A stretch of 64,000 bases of DNA from IMG/VR virus record IMGVR_UViG_3300032323_002909, positions 32,001 to 96,000 of that record. One strand, given 5' to 3'. The position numbers and the translations under genes are program-made. This stretch comes from a virus. Positions 47,955-57,962 of the stretch are shown piece after piece (position 1 is the stretch's first letter; each line of letters opens with the position of its first letter). The notes beneath the pieces are model-generated. The model saw only the letters and a program-made list of their open reading frames with translations. It ran no database searches and had not been told where the DNA came from.

Positions 47955-48365
47955 TTAGCTCATTTGATCAGAAATATCTCTAACTTCTTGTCCTTGTTGT
48001 TCGCGACGAATAATTGGAAGAATTTTATTTTGATATAAATCTTTAGCCGTTTCACCAGAACCTTGAATTCTATCAATAGCATCAGGCTTTTTAAGCAGGT
48101 CTAAAAGGTTTTCCAAAGCAATCCTATCATTACCCGTAGGTCTTGGTTCCATCAATGCGGCGAGAACCACGTCCTCGATATACCGAATTTCGCCCTGAGA
48201 ACTTAAGGGAATAGTATCTTGTTCTGGTTCTGGTGCATCTGCCGCCATGTCAGCTTCGGGATTGGCTTGCGAAGGATCATCTTGCTCAGGTGGCAACATA
48301 TCTTGCTCATCTTGTTCTACCAATCTCTGGTAATGATTCAATAATTGTAAAGTTTTAAATTTCAT
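47955..48365 (-). CDS. hypothetical protein
   Basis: ORF in late operon with acidic linker. Confidence 0.6.
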   Translation of the reverse strand: MKFKTLQLLNHYQRLVEQDEQDMLPPEQDDPSQANPEADMAADAPEPEQDTIPLSSQGEIRYIEDVVLAALMEPRPTGNDRIALENLLDLLKKPDAIDRIQGSGETAKDLYQNKILPIIRREQQGQEVRDISDQMS

Positions 48366-48369
48366 ATGA

Positions 48370-48783
48370 TTATCGGGAAATCGTAGCTTTCAAATTTTGG
48401 CTTGCTTGGTCAATAGCTTTCGCCGCTTCGACGTTACGTTTTTTCATATATTCAGTGAGTTTAGGTACTATTTTCCTATCACCTTCCTCTTTAGCTTTTT
48501 TAAGAGCTCCTTTAGGTCTATTAGTTTTAGTCAGTTTAGCAATTGGTGACAATTGGTCATAACCATCAATAGTCTCACCCGCCAATTGATCAGGATTTAA
48601 TTTGTAAGGTTTGACTGCTTCTAAAGCAATTGCAGTATCATCGATATTCAATATGATTTTCTTACCATCGCTAGTGAATGGTATTTTTTTCTCATTCAGA
48701 AAAATTTTTACTTTCAACAAAGCATCAATTTTATCTATATTTGCAGGGTCATATTCTTCGAGGACATCTAAAAACTTACTCAT
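48370..48783 (-). CDS. hypothetical late protein
   Basis: TAAATA-ATCAT-ATG at 48783. Confidence 0.6.
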   Translation of the reverse strand: MSKFLDVLEEYDPANIDKIDALLKVKIFLNEKKIPFTSDGKKIILNIDDTAIALEAVKPYKLNPDQLAGETIDGYDQLSPIAKLTKTNRPKGALKKAKEEGDRKIVPKLTEYMKKRNVEAAKAIDQASQNLKATISR

Positions 48784-48797
48784 ATGATTATTTATCA

Positions 48798-49340
48798 TTA
48801 ATGATTGAAAATTACCATTTTGTTGGTGATGTTTTGAAAATACGATTCATTCAAAAAGGTTAATCCCTCTTTCTCCAAATACTTAGATATTTTCTTAAAG
48901 GATGGTGTTTTATTGGATTGGGATATGAGCTCCAATCCTGATAATATTTTAGCATCCTTGGTGTTTATTCTCTTACAAAACTCAGCGTAATCGTAATTTT
49001 CTGTCCATACATTAACTTTAAAAATACGTTTTACTTTGGATAAAAGTTGATTTCTGAACTTATCCTTCGTTAGATTATTTGAAAAAAATACAATGTTCAA
49101 ATGATTTCTCGATTTCAAGAACTCGCAAAATGTCTTGATAAATTCATGAGTGTAGAGCTTTTTGTTGTTTTTGTTAGAAAAATTAAAATCCACCAATAGC
49201 CCCATTTGTTCTAACAATAATGCAAAATTTCGATTAGTTTCCATAAAAACTGTATCGATATCGATCACTAAATCATCACATTGCTCAATCATTGTTTGTT
49301 TTGTCTGAACCATTGATACCACACGGAACAAATTTGTCAA
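48798..49340 (-). CDS. hypothetical protein (start uncertain)
   Basis: 180-aa ORF following the endonuclease gene. Confidence 0.55.
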   Translation of the reverse strand: MTNLFRVVSMVQTKQTMIEQCDDLVIDIDTVFMETNRNFALLLEQMGLLVDFNFSNKNNKKLYTHEFIKTFCEFLKSRNHLNIVFFSNNLTKDKFRNQLLSKVKRIFKVNVWTENYDYAEFCKRINTKDAKILSGLELISQSNKTPSFKKISKYLEKEGLTFLNESYFQNITNKMVIFNH

Positions 49341-49341
49341 C

Positions 49342-49785
49342 TCACATTGAATACTTTGAACTCAAATCAACATTCTTCGGTGGGTTATTCAAGCGAACAT
49401 TGATGATCTCGTTGTAGTAGTCATCCCGAAAAATGACATTCTCTTTCATTTGGTAGTAAAGCTCAGCATAAGCAACTTCCCACTTACTGCCACAGATTGC
49501 CAGTATTTGCCTCGTAAAGCTCTGTTTGCCGTATTTCTCGATATCCTCCTTGAGTTTGTTGGAAGAGCCGTAGTAGGTCTCGTAATCGCTCTTAACGTGG
49601 TCGATACGGTTCCGTTTCTTACCCTTGAGCGGTTTACGTTTGATTCTAGACCAGAACTGCTTCTTGCCGATATACTTCTTCCCTGTAGCGGTGTTGGTTA
49701 TCAGGTAGACGAAAGCGTAATGGCTCTCCTTGTCAAGATTCTCTGGAAGATTTTGCCACGGTGGATCGATACTGGTGTCACTCAT
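49342..49785 (-). CDS. GIY-YIG endonuclease (T4 EndoII/DenA-like)
   Basis: FVYLITN..TGKKYIGKKQF, YYGSS..L..DI.KYG..F.R.IL, YYN. Confidence 0.85.
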   Translation of the reverse strand: MSDTSIDPPWQNLPENLDKESHYAFVYLITNTATGKKYIGKKQFWSRIKRKPLKGKKRNRIDHVKSDYETYYGSSNKLKEDIEKYGKQSFTRQILAICGSKWEVAYAELYYQMKENVIFRDDYYNEIINVRLNNPPKNVDLSSKYSM

Positions 49786-50063
49786 TTGCGGTTACTTAGC
49801 TGGTGGATGCTAGAAAATCCATTTTTTTGCGATTTTTGCTTGCTTTTTCAATTTTTGCATTTATATTTAATTATAATTAACTACAACATAATCTATAAAC
49901 TATAACTTATATCATATAATATTAATAAAATAATAATATAATATTAATGAAAAATGCATTGTTTTTATATATTTGTTCTGTTGTTATATTTTATTATGTT
50001 AACAACTATTAATTATAACAATATCTAATTTATATAAAATAATAAGAAAATTAATTATTGCTA

Positions 50064-50091
50064 TTGACAAATCGAAAATCTATGTTAAATT
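50064..50091 (+). promoter_or_regulatory. sigma70-type promoter TTGACA-N16-(TGn)TAAATT with no downstream ORF
   Basis: Lies in an extremely AT-rich intergenic region; followed by GGGTGGGGGGTGGG. Confidence 0.6.
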
Positions 50092-50156
50092 ATGGGTGGG
50101 GGGTGGGAATAGATTATTAATATATAGTTAAATTTAAACGCGAAAAAATGAAAAAG

Positions 50157-50405
50157 TCAACCAATCGATCCGTCCCAAGTAGACAATTTTCTCCTTTTAC
50201 CAGATTTCTTACCAGTCTTTTTACCAGTTTTCAACCCACCTTTTCGAGTCGTGATACCAAGACCATATGGATTTTGCATATTTCCAGTTGCATATGAATC
50301 TTTATTTTCGATTCCTACTGCCGTGGGGATATCACCGTATACGCCACCCGCAGTCATCTCCTCATAAATTTTCACAATTTCAATTTCGTCACTTGACTTT
50401 CTCAT
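50157..50405 (-). CDS. hypothetical late protein with basic tail
   Basis: TAAATA-CTATT-ATG; IYEEMTAGGVYG..D.YA.G; KKTGKK tail. Confidence 0.6.
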   Translation of the reverse strand: MRKSSDEIEIVKIYEEMTAGGVYGDIPTAVGIENKDSYATGNMQNPYGLGITTRKGGLKTGKKTGKKSGKRRKLSTWDGSIG

Positions 50406-50431
50406 AATAGTATTTATCATAATAAGACAGT

Positions 50432-50827
50432 ATGGAACAGCTTAAAAAGTATCAACAACAGTATCAAGAGTTTTGCAACATTGATGATTTTAATCTCGAA
50501 GATAGAGCCAAGCGTGTTCCAGCTGAAAAACATTTTTGGGTGTGTCGATTGATTGATGCTAAAATTGAGATGGATAATCTTCACAAAATGAAAGCATCAC
50601 ATCGAACAACTCTTAAACAAAAAATCCTTACTGAATCGCCTATAGTATTGAACGAGCAAGTTCTGAATACACAGGTGGATAAATCACCTTCGATGGACAA
50701 TATCAATCAAAAAATTAAAGAACATGCGTTCATGATTGAGTATTTGGAGAAATTGGTAAATCAAATCACCTTTATCGGCAATGATATCAAAAACATAATA
50801 AGCGTCAAAGCTCTACAAGAACAATGA
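50432..50827 (+). CDS. uvsY: recombination mediator
   Basis: ID..NL......P....W, helical, EYLEK....I......IKNII; upstream of uvsW. Confidence 0.75.
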   Translation: MEQLKKYQQQYQEFCNIDDFNLEDRAKRVPAEKHFWVCRLIDAKIEMDNLHKMKASHRTTLKQKILTESPIVLNEQVLNTQVDKSPSMDNINQKIKEHAFMIEYLEKLVNQITFIGNDIKNIISVKALQEQ

Positions 50828-52233
50828 TAACATTGGATTACAAAACTTCTCGACGTATGGGTCAAGTTATTGCTGATAGTGATACTCTTGGTCTGATACG
50901 TAATCATTTTTCGGTTAAAAATGAAGGTGCAGTATTTGCCAAACGTAAGGGTCAGAGATTTGTAAAAGACAGGAAGTATGTAATAACACCAACTGGACTT
51001 TTTGATTTTGGTTTTTATGGTGAAATTATGAAATACCTTAGAGACCATCAGATAAGTGACATTCAAATGACAGATGACTTTAAAAAAAGATTAATCTGTG
51101 GAAAGAAAGTCCAATTTTGGGATGAACTTAAATACAATGCTCGATACTATCAAAAAGATTCTATTTTAGATGGTCTGAAAAGAGGGTATGGTATTTTTTT
51201 ACTCGCTACAGGTGCTGGAAAATCGTTAGCACAAGCACTCTTAATTGAAAATTACTTAAGAAATTTTGATCGTCCCAACTTTAAATGTTTGGTAATTGTG
51301 CCAGGTTTATCATTGGTGGAACAATTGCAAAAAGACTTTAAAGAATATGGTGTAACATTTACGTATTCTGGATGGACAGGCGACAACCCTTTGCAAGATA
51401 CACAAGTTGTTATTTGCAATACACAGAATTTAAATAGTAAATTTTTGGAAAATGATTGGTTGATCAATGTTGATCTTTTACTTACGGATGAAGCACACGG
51501 TGTTAATAGTGATTCCAATCTTTCTAAAATTATTAACAAAATTCATACCCCAAACAAATTTGGATTTACGGGTACTTTATCCGATAAACTGATAGATAAA
51601 TGGAAAACTATAGGTATATTTGGACCTGTTATTTATGAAAAATCCTCCAAGGAGTTAAGAGATGAGAAATTTTTATCAAATGTTGAGGTTAATGTTATTA
51701 AATTGATACACCAAACATCTTATAAATTTAAATATAAGCAAGAATTAGAATATTTGTATGAAAGCGAAAAACGTAATAACCTTATTGCCAAACTGGTTGA
51801 TAAACTGGATAATAACATCCTTATCATGGTTAATCATCTCGACCATGGTGATAACATACTATCTGTTCTATCTGATAGATTTTGTGGACGTGTATTTTTT
51901 GTCAAAGGTGAAATGGCGGTCGAAGAAAGACTAAAAATCATACAGATGATGGAAGATAGAAATGATATAATTTGTATCGCAATGTCTTCTATATTTTCTA
52001 CGGGTATCAACATTAAAAATCTCCCCAATATTTTATTTGTGGGACTTGGCAAAAGTTATATCAGAGTAGTGCAATCAATAGGTAGAGGTCTTCGATTGCA
52101 TGAAAATAAACATAAACTTAGAATTTTTGATGTTTGTGACAATACCAAATACTCAACATCTCATGCTGAATATCGTCAAAATATTTACAATGATGAAGAA
52201 ATCCAATGGAAAGAAAAGACAATTAATTTATGA
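50824..52233 (+). CDS. uvsW: SF2 DNA helicase
   Basis: RYYQ, ATGAGKS, DEAH, GFTGT, FSTGINIKNL, QSIGRGLR. Confidence 0.93.
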   Translation: MITLDYKTSRRMGQVIADSDTLGLIRNHFSVKNEGAVFAKRKGQRFVKDRKYVITPTGLFDFGFYGEIMKYLRDHQISDIQMTDDFKKRLICGKKVQFWDELKYNARYYQKDSILDGLKRGYGIFLLATGAGKSLAQALLIENYLRNFDRPNFKCLVIVPGLSLVEQLQKDFKEYGVTFTYSGWTGDNPLQDTQVVICNTQNLNSKFLENDWLINVDLLLTDEAHGVNSDSNLSKIINKIHTPNKFGFTGTLSDKLIDKWKTIGIFGPVIYEKSSKELRDEKFLSNVEVNVIKLIHQTSYKFKYKQELEYLYESEKRNNLIAKLVDKLDNNILIMVNHLDHGDNILSVLSDRFCGRVFFVKGEMAVEERLKIIQMMEDRNDIICIAMSSIFSTGINIKNLPNILFVGLGKSYIRVVQSIGRGLRLHENKHKLRIFDVCDNTKYSTSHAEYRQNIYNDEEIQWKEKTINL

Positions 52234-52676
52234 ATAAAGAATTGAAAGAGCGTTATTATGTGAACTCCAAAGAGTTTCGAAGACTATTAACTGAGTATTA
52301 CGGTAATAATAAAATGACAAACGAATTAGCGATGAATATCGTCAAAATCGCTGAAGGTTTATCGTATAATCATCGTTTTATTAGATATTCTAAAAGTTGG
52401 AAAGAAGAAATGGTTGGTGATGCAATAGTTAAAATGTATCATGCTTTAGAGAAAAAGTTATATAATATCGAATCCGATTTCAACCCATTCTCATATTTTA
52501 ATAGAATAGCATGGAACGCATTCACTAATAGAATCAACAAAGAGAAAGGTCAGCATGAAGGTTTGAATGAATATAGGGACATAGTTTACATGGAAAACAT
52601 GTCTGGTCCCGATTCTATGGGTCATGTTTATGTCAAACCAGTAGTGGAGGGTGATGAATATGACGATGAATTTTGA
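52230..52676 (+). CDS. gp55: late transcription sigma factor
   Basis: YVNSKEF, KIAEGLSY..RF..YS..EEMVGDA, NPFSYF..IAWNAF..RI.KEK. Confidence 0.92.
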   Translation: MNKELKERYYVNSKEFRRLLTEYYGNNKMTNELAMNIVKIAEGLSYNHRFIRYSKSWKEEMVGDAIVKMYHALEKKLYNIESDFNPFSYFNRIAWNAFTNRINKEKGQHEGLNEYRDIVYMENMSGPDSMGHVYVKPVVEGDEYDDEF

Positions 52677-52821
52677 GCATATAGTAATTTCTATAGCAGC
52701 GGTATTGTATTTTACAGTTGGTGTGGTATACTGCCTCAAACAACAATGGGCATGGGGACTCACATGGTTCTGTTATGCGTTCGCCAATGTTGGTTTAATC
52801 TTAGCATCTAAGCACATTTAA
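52666..52821 (+). CDS. small two-TM membrane protein (51 aa, absent from ORF track)
   Basis: Translated by hand: MNFEHIVISIAAVLYFTVGVVYCLKQQWAWGLTWFCYAFANVGLILASKHI; fills the gp55-gp47 gap. Confidence 0.7.
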   Translation: MNFEHIVISIAAVLYFTVGVVYCLKQQWAWGLTWFCYAFANVGLILASKHI

Positions 52822-52864
52822 TTGAATGTGCTAAAACAATAAAATGTAAATCTTCGCATAACAC

Positions 52865-53884
52865 ATGATAAAAAAAACAAATATTGCAATATTCTCAGAC
52901 CTTCATCTAGGACTGTATGGTAACTCCTCTGATTGGCACACGGTTGCACTTGATTGGGCAGACTGGATTGTATCCGATTTGAAAAAAAGAAAAATACAAG
53001 ATATATTTTTTCTTGGTGACTTTTTCCACAATCGAAGCGAAATCTCGGTTCAAACTATTCATGTTGCATCCGAATTAATTTTGAAATTTAAAGATTTCAA
53101 TATGTTTATGATTGTGGGCAATCACGATGCATATTACAAAAATCGTTCTGATGTGCATAGTTTAGGTTTTCTAAAAGGACATGACAACATCACAATCGTT
53201 GATCAAAATCTGACAGTCGATGCATTTGGTAAAAAATTATTGTTTGTTCCTTGGAATCACGAATTACCAGATGGTAAATTTGATTATATTTTTGGGCATT
53301 TTGAAATTCAAACATTTAAAATGAATAATTTCAAAGTATGTGATCACGGTTTGCAAGTTATAGATTTATTAGGTGCTAGAACCAATACTGTATTTTCGGG
53401 ACACTTTCATCTTAAAAGCACTAAGAAATATAATGAGGGTTGTATTCATTATGTAGGTAATACATTTCATCATGATTTCAATGATTCTGGTGATGCCAAA
53501 GGGTATCATGTTTTAAACTTAGAGTCTGGTGATTTAGAATTTGTCGAGAACACTATATCCCCACGGTTTGTCAAAATCTTATTATCTAAAATTAAAAATT
53601 GCAAAGCCGAAGATGTCAAAGGCAACATTGTCAAACTAATCATTGACAAAGATGTTGATGATGATAAAGTAAACAAATTCAAAATTTATCTAAGCAATTT
53701 TGCACCGTTTCGCCTAACTGTCGAATACAACGTGACGACGAAAACAATTGGTGATGTTGAACATATTGATTCTATCGATATTATTGGAATGTTTGATGAA
53801 TTTTACGAACAGCTATCACTCGATGCTGATAAATTAGAGAGAGTTAAAAAAATAAACGACGAACTATACGAAAAGTGTAAATGA
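52865..53884 (+). CDS. gp47: recombination endonuclease subunit (Mre11/SbcD-like)
   Basis: SDLHLG, LGDFF, VGNHD, GHFE, SGHFH. Confidence 0.93.
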   Translation: MIKKTNIAIFSDLHLGLYGNSSDWHTVALDWADWIVSDLKKRKIQDIFFLGDFFHNRSEISVQTIHVASELILKFKDFNMFMIVGNHDAYYKNRSDVHSLGFLKGHDNITIVDQNLTVDAFGKKLLFVPWNHELPDGKFDYIFGHFEIQTFKMNNFKVCDHGLQVIDLLGARTNTVFSGHFHLKSTKKYNEGCIHYVGNTFHHDFNDSGDAKGYHVLNLESGDLEFVENTISPRFVKILLSKIKNCKAEDVKGNIVKLIIDKDVDDDKVNKFKIYLSNFAPFRLTVEYNVTTKTIGDVEHIDSIDIIGMFDEFYEQLSLDADKLERVKKINDELYEKCK

Positions 53885-55668
53885 AAAGTATTAATTTTAA
53901 AACATTAAAAGGTCAGAATTTCCTCAGTATCGGTAACGATCAAATTAATATTGATTTCCAATCAGGATTTAATCTGATTACTGGTAAAAATATCGATAAT
54001 CCTGATAGAGTTAACGGTATTGGAAAATCTAGTATAGCTGAATTGTTTTACTATGCTCTGTTTGGCAAAACAATCCGTGAATTAAAAAAAGAATTTATTA
54101 TTAATAATGTCACTAAAGGTAAAGGTGCTATAGAACTCACGTTTGATGTAAAAACTGAAAACGATGTTCAATCATATACTATAAAACGTCAGGTAAAACC
54201 TAGTTCAGTGACCTTGCTACAAGGTGACGTAGACATTACAAAAGATTCTATCACCAACACTGATAAGTTCATATGTGATTTAATAGACTCTAATGCTATC
54301 ATTTCCCGTAGTTGCGATATATTATCACTATCCGATAACATTCCTTTCATGGCTAAAAAACCAGAGGAGAAGAGAAAATTTATCAATGATATTTTCTCTC
54401 TGGAAATCTTTGGTAAAATGAGTAATGAACTTAAAAATCTTATACGAGACAATAAGAATGATACCAATGTTTCTAGTGCCAAATTGGAGGAAATCAACAA
54501 TACATTGGATACTCTAAATGATCAACAAGCAGATTATGAGAAAAAATTAGCTGAAAGAGAACAACTTCTTGAACAAAAAAGAAATGATATTACTGATAAA
54601 ATTAAAGATATCACGAAATCTATTTCTGCTATAGAAATTTTAGATGTTTCTGAGATATCAATCGAACAAGACAAATATCACGAAGCATGGGTAAAATTAG
54701 ATGGTAAAATTGGACAAGTTAATCACGAGTTATCCACTAAAGAGACGTTACGCCGTTTAAAAATCAATCAAATAAATTCTGTATCATCTGTCGATACTAC
54801 TGTTCAATGTGACAAGTGTTTACAGGATGTGCCTCATACACATATTGATCATTTGGAAAAACTTAAAGCTCAATATATCGAAGAACGAGATGCTATAGAT
54901 AAAGAAATTGAACGGTTGAATAATGAGAAGCAACAATATCATGATAAAAAGAGACGTATTCAAAATAAAGTCGCCGAATTGCAAGAACAAATCAATACTT
55001 CTAAGTTGAATCGTCAAAAATTGGAAGCTTTTCAAAGACAAATAGAACAATATCAAGAGTCATTGGATAATTTAAAATTGGAAGAATTACCTAAGCCAAA
55101 TTTTGAAGAAAGTATTAATAATACTGAAAAACGTAAACTGGTAGAGAGTGAAAATCTTAAATTATTGAAGCAAAAAGCTCAGGATTATGATGTTTGTAAA
55201 TTTGTTCTTAGTGAAGAAGGTGTGAGAAGTTTTGTCGTTAAGCGTTTATTATCGATGATGAACGCTAGTATTCAACAATATATAAATGATTTGGGTATGA
55301 GCATTCGTTGTAAATTCAATGAATACTTCGATGAACAATTGTCAAACGATAAAGGAATCGAGATATCATATTGGAATCTAAGTGGTGGTGAAAGACGAAC
55401 TGTCGATCTGGCATGTGCTTGGGCATTCAAAGATTTGAAGCGTAAAATTTCTGGTGTAACATCAAATGTTGAATTTTTTGATGAATATCTCGACTCAACA
55501 CTCGATTCTACTGGTATAGATAAATTAATCGAGCAAATTAAGTGTCGAATCGACAAATATAACTTGTCAGTATATGTCATATCACACCGTGTGGAGACTA
55601 ACAAACACGTCACAGGAGAAGTGGTCGAATTAATTAAAGAAAATGGTATAACCAAACGAGTATCTTGA
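53881..55668 (+). CDS. gp46: recombination ATPase subunit (Rad50/SbcC-like)
   Basis: NFLSIGN, NGIGKS, CDKC zinc hook, LSGGE, FDE, ISH. Confidence 0.93.
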   Translation: MKSINFKTLKGQNFLSIGNDQINIDFQSGFNLITGKNIDNPDRVNGIGKSSIAELFYYALFGKTIRELKKEFIINNVTKGKGAIELTFDVKTENDVQSYTIKRQVKPSSVTLLQGDVDITKDSITNTDKFICDLIDSNAIISRSCDILSLSDNIPFMAKKPEEKRKFINDIFSLEIFGKMSNELKNLIRDNKNDTNVSSAKLEEINNTLDTLNDQQADYEKKLAEREQLLEQKRNDITDKIKDITKSISAIEILDVSEISIEQDKYHEAWVKLDGKIGQVNHELSTKETLRRLKINQINSVSSVDTTVQCDKCLQDVPHTHIDHLEKLKAQYIEERDAIDKEIERLNNEKQQYHDKKRRIQNKVAELQEQINTSKLNRQKLEAFQRQIEQYQESLDNLKLEELPKPNFEESINNTEKRKLVESENLKLLKQKAQDYDVCKFVLSEEGVRSFVVKRLLSMMNASIQQYINDLGMSIRCKFNEYFDEQLSNDKGIEISYWNLSGGERRTVDLACAWAFKDLKRKISGVTSNVEFFDEYLDSTLDSTGIDKLIEQIKCRIDKYNLSVYVISHRVETNKHVTGEVVELIKENGITKRVS

Positions 55669-55697
55669 CAAAATAGATTGTGGAAATAGATAATATC

Positions 55698-56903
55698 ATG
55701 TTTCCACAATCTCCCTTTGCTGCATCTCCGTTTGTATCGCCCTTTCCTCAAAATATAATGATAGGTAAACCACCTGTTGAAAAAATTGAGAAACGCCATT
55801 CTTATTTAAATTTTTTAGCTGATCGACAAGGATGTGGACAATGGCGAATTGGGTGGGCAGAGAACCATATTAATATGTCAAATATGGGTGAATCAACATC
55901 CGTGACGAAAATGATTTTTGATAAAGGTTGGTATCGTGACATCACAACCGTTAAATTACAACGTCAAGCATCGACAATGCAAAAAGAATTTTTTCAATTT
56001 CTTAAAAGCATCCAAGAAGAAATGGGTTTCAAAATAATCTACGAAGTTGACGATGTTGTTTTTTATGAAGAAATTCCCGATTATAATATCTTCAAAGAAT
56101 CATTTGCTAATGACGAGATAAGACAAAATTGCGTGGATATGGTTAGAATGGCTGATGAGGTCACTGTTACATGCAAATATATGCGAGACCTGTTTATCGA
56201 GAAAACAGGACAGTTTAACATTTCAGCGGTTCCGAATTTCCCACCTGAGTGGTGGATAGGTCATCAATATGATTATAATCAGATTATTCATAATCATACT
56301 AAGCATAAAAATCGTCCAAGAATTTTGTATTCTGGTTCAGGTGCTCATTTTGATGTTAAAAATAATACAAATCAACAAGATGATTTTTCCCATGTGTTGA
56401 AATTTATAATAGATAATCGATACAAATATCAATTTATTTTCATTGGTTCTTACCCACCACCATTACATAAATATATTGAAAATAAAGAAATTGAATTTTA
56501 TCAGTGGCAAACTTTAATGAATTACCCTAAATTTATTTCATCTTTGAATGTTCAAATGTTATTAGCACCTTTAATGGATATACCATTCAACAGATCAAAA
56601 TCTGATATCAAATATATTGAAGGAGCATGTCTCGGTATTCCTTGTATGTGTCAAGACATGGTAACATATCAAGATACTCCAGATTTCCTTAAATTTAAGG
56701 ATTTTGAAGACTTGGCAATAAAGACTGAATATCTTTTAAATTGGAAGAATGATAAAAAATATTATCAACTTGTGAAACAATTAAGAAAATTAGGAGAAAC
56801 TAGATTTTTAGAAAGACCTGAAAATATAGGAGCTTTTATTGAAGCAATGAATACACCATTTGGCGACCCTAGTAGAAAATATTTGAGACCTTGGAATGAT
56901 TAA
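55698..56903 (+). CDS. GT-B fold glycosyltransferase
   Basis: GCG.WR, LQRQ, YEVDD, D.VTV, VPN, LAPL...FN.SKS.IK..E; start at ATG 55698. Confidence 0.8.
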   Translation: MFPQSPFAASPFVSPFPQNIMIGKPPVEKIEKRHSYLNFLADRQGCGQWRIGWAENHINMSNMGESTSVTKMIFDKGWYRDITTVKLQRQASTMQKEFFQFLKSIQEEMGFKIIYEVDDVVFYEEIPDYNIFKESFANDEIRQNCVDMVRMADEVTVTCKYMRDLFIEKTGQFNISAVPNFPPEWWIGHQYDYNQIIHNHTKHKNRPRILYSGSGAHFDVKNNTNQQDDFSHVLKFIIDNRYKYQFIFIGSYPPPLHKYIENKEIEFYQWQTLMNYPKFISSLNVQMLLAPLMDIPFNRSKSDIKYIEGACLGIPCMCQDMVTYQDTPDFLKFKDFEDLAIKTEYLLNWKNDKKYYQLVKQLRKLGETRFLERPENIGAFIEAMNTPFGDPSRKYLRPWND

Positions 56904-57190
56904 TCTTTAGTATCTCTAGTGAACTCGGAATATTGAGCTAGAGTTGGTCGAAGGCGTTCAAACATAGCTTTTAAATTGTCATACGGTGTCTTATTCGAAG
57001 GATTATTGAAAAATCTCTCTCTGTTGTTTTGATAATAAGCTATTGTCCCTTTTAAATATGTTTCAATAGCTGCTGAAATTTTATGCATTTCAGCTATCAT
57101 CCCTTCGGTCAAAGCGTCATAATTATCATATGATGATTGAAAATCTAAACTTTCATAAATCTTGCTCAAGTCTTCAAAATACTTATCCAT
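56900..57190 (-). CDS. hypothetical late protein
   Basis: TAAATA-ATATC-ATG. Confidence 0.6.
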   Translation of the reverse strand: MDKYFEDLSKIYESLDFQSSYDNYDALTEGMIAEMHKISAAIETYLKGTIAYYQNNRERFFNNPSNKTPYDNLKAMFERLRPTLAQYSEFTRDTKD

Positions 57191-57258
57191 GATATTATTT
57201 ATCTTACATGATGACTTTTAAATAAAAATGATTTCTATTAAATACTAAATATATATAA

Positions 57259-57903
57259 ATGAGAAGTAGCGATTATTTTTTAGAAATTTCAAATATTTAT
57301 TCGAGGATCATAAATGAATCCCCTGATAATATTACAATTATTGACGATAATGGTGATCATAAAAATATATCGTATTATAACACACCAGATGCCTACACTG
57401 GTCTTATCGGTAGTGATGGTGAATATGTCTTGTCGAAAGATATTATAGGTCATAGTAATTTAATCGATCATATTTTACATCATGGAGAAGATATTATTCA
57501 AAAGTTAATAACCAATCTTGATGATATATATGATTTGCAAAGATTGGTTAGAGAAAGAATAAAAATAAGAATTTGGAAAAATCAAAAAGTTTTTAGTATG
57601 TGGGATTATTACAAGCCTTCATACGAAACTGCCATCAAAAATTCCTTAAAAGCTATAGGTCAAAATTATAAACAATATAGATATGATAATGAATACAAAG
57701 ATTATAATGACATGCCTTTATACGATACTTTTTTCGTAAATAGTTTAACGGATGAACAAAAAGAAGAGAACACGATGGCAGCAATGAAAAAAATTGAAGC
57801 AGAAAGAGCTTTAATGGATAAAATAGCTGGCGCTAGACAAAGACCATCGAATGGTGAAACGCCTTACAGAAAACCTTCTTGGATGAATAGAGAAGGGGAT
57901 TAA
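57259..57903 (+). CDS. hypothetical late protein
   Basis: TAAATA upstream; IINESPD N-terminus; RIW..K..S.W. Confidence 0.65.
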   Translation: MRSSDYFLEISNIYSRIINESPDNITIIDDNGDHKNISYYNTPDAYTGLIGSDGEYVLSKDIIGHSNLIDHILHHGEDIIQKLITNLDDIYDLQRLVRERIKIRIWKNQKVFSMWDYYKPSYETAIKNSLKAIGQNYKQYRYDNEYKDYNDMPLYDTFFVNSLTDEQKEENTMAAMKKIEAERALMDKIAGARQRPSNGETPYRKPSWMNREGD

Positions 57904-57962
57904 TATTAGCAATCTTTGTGTTTATAGCTTGCTATTTGAAATAAGGGTGATAAATAAACAAC

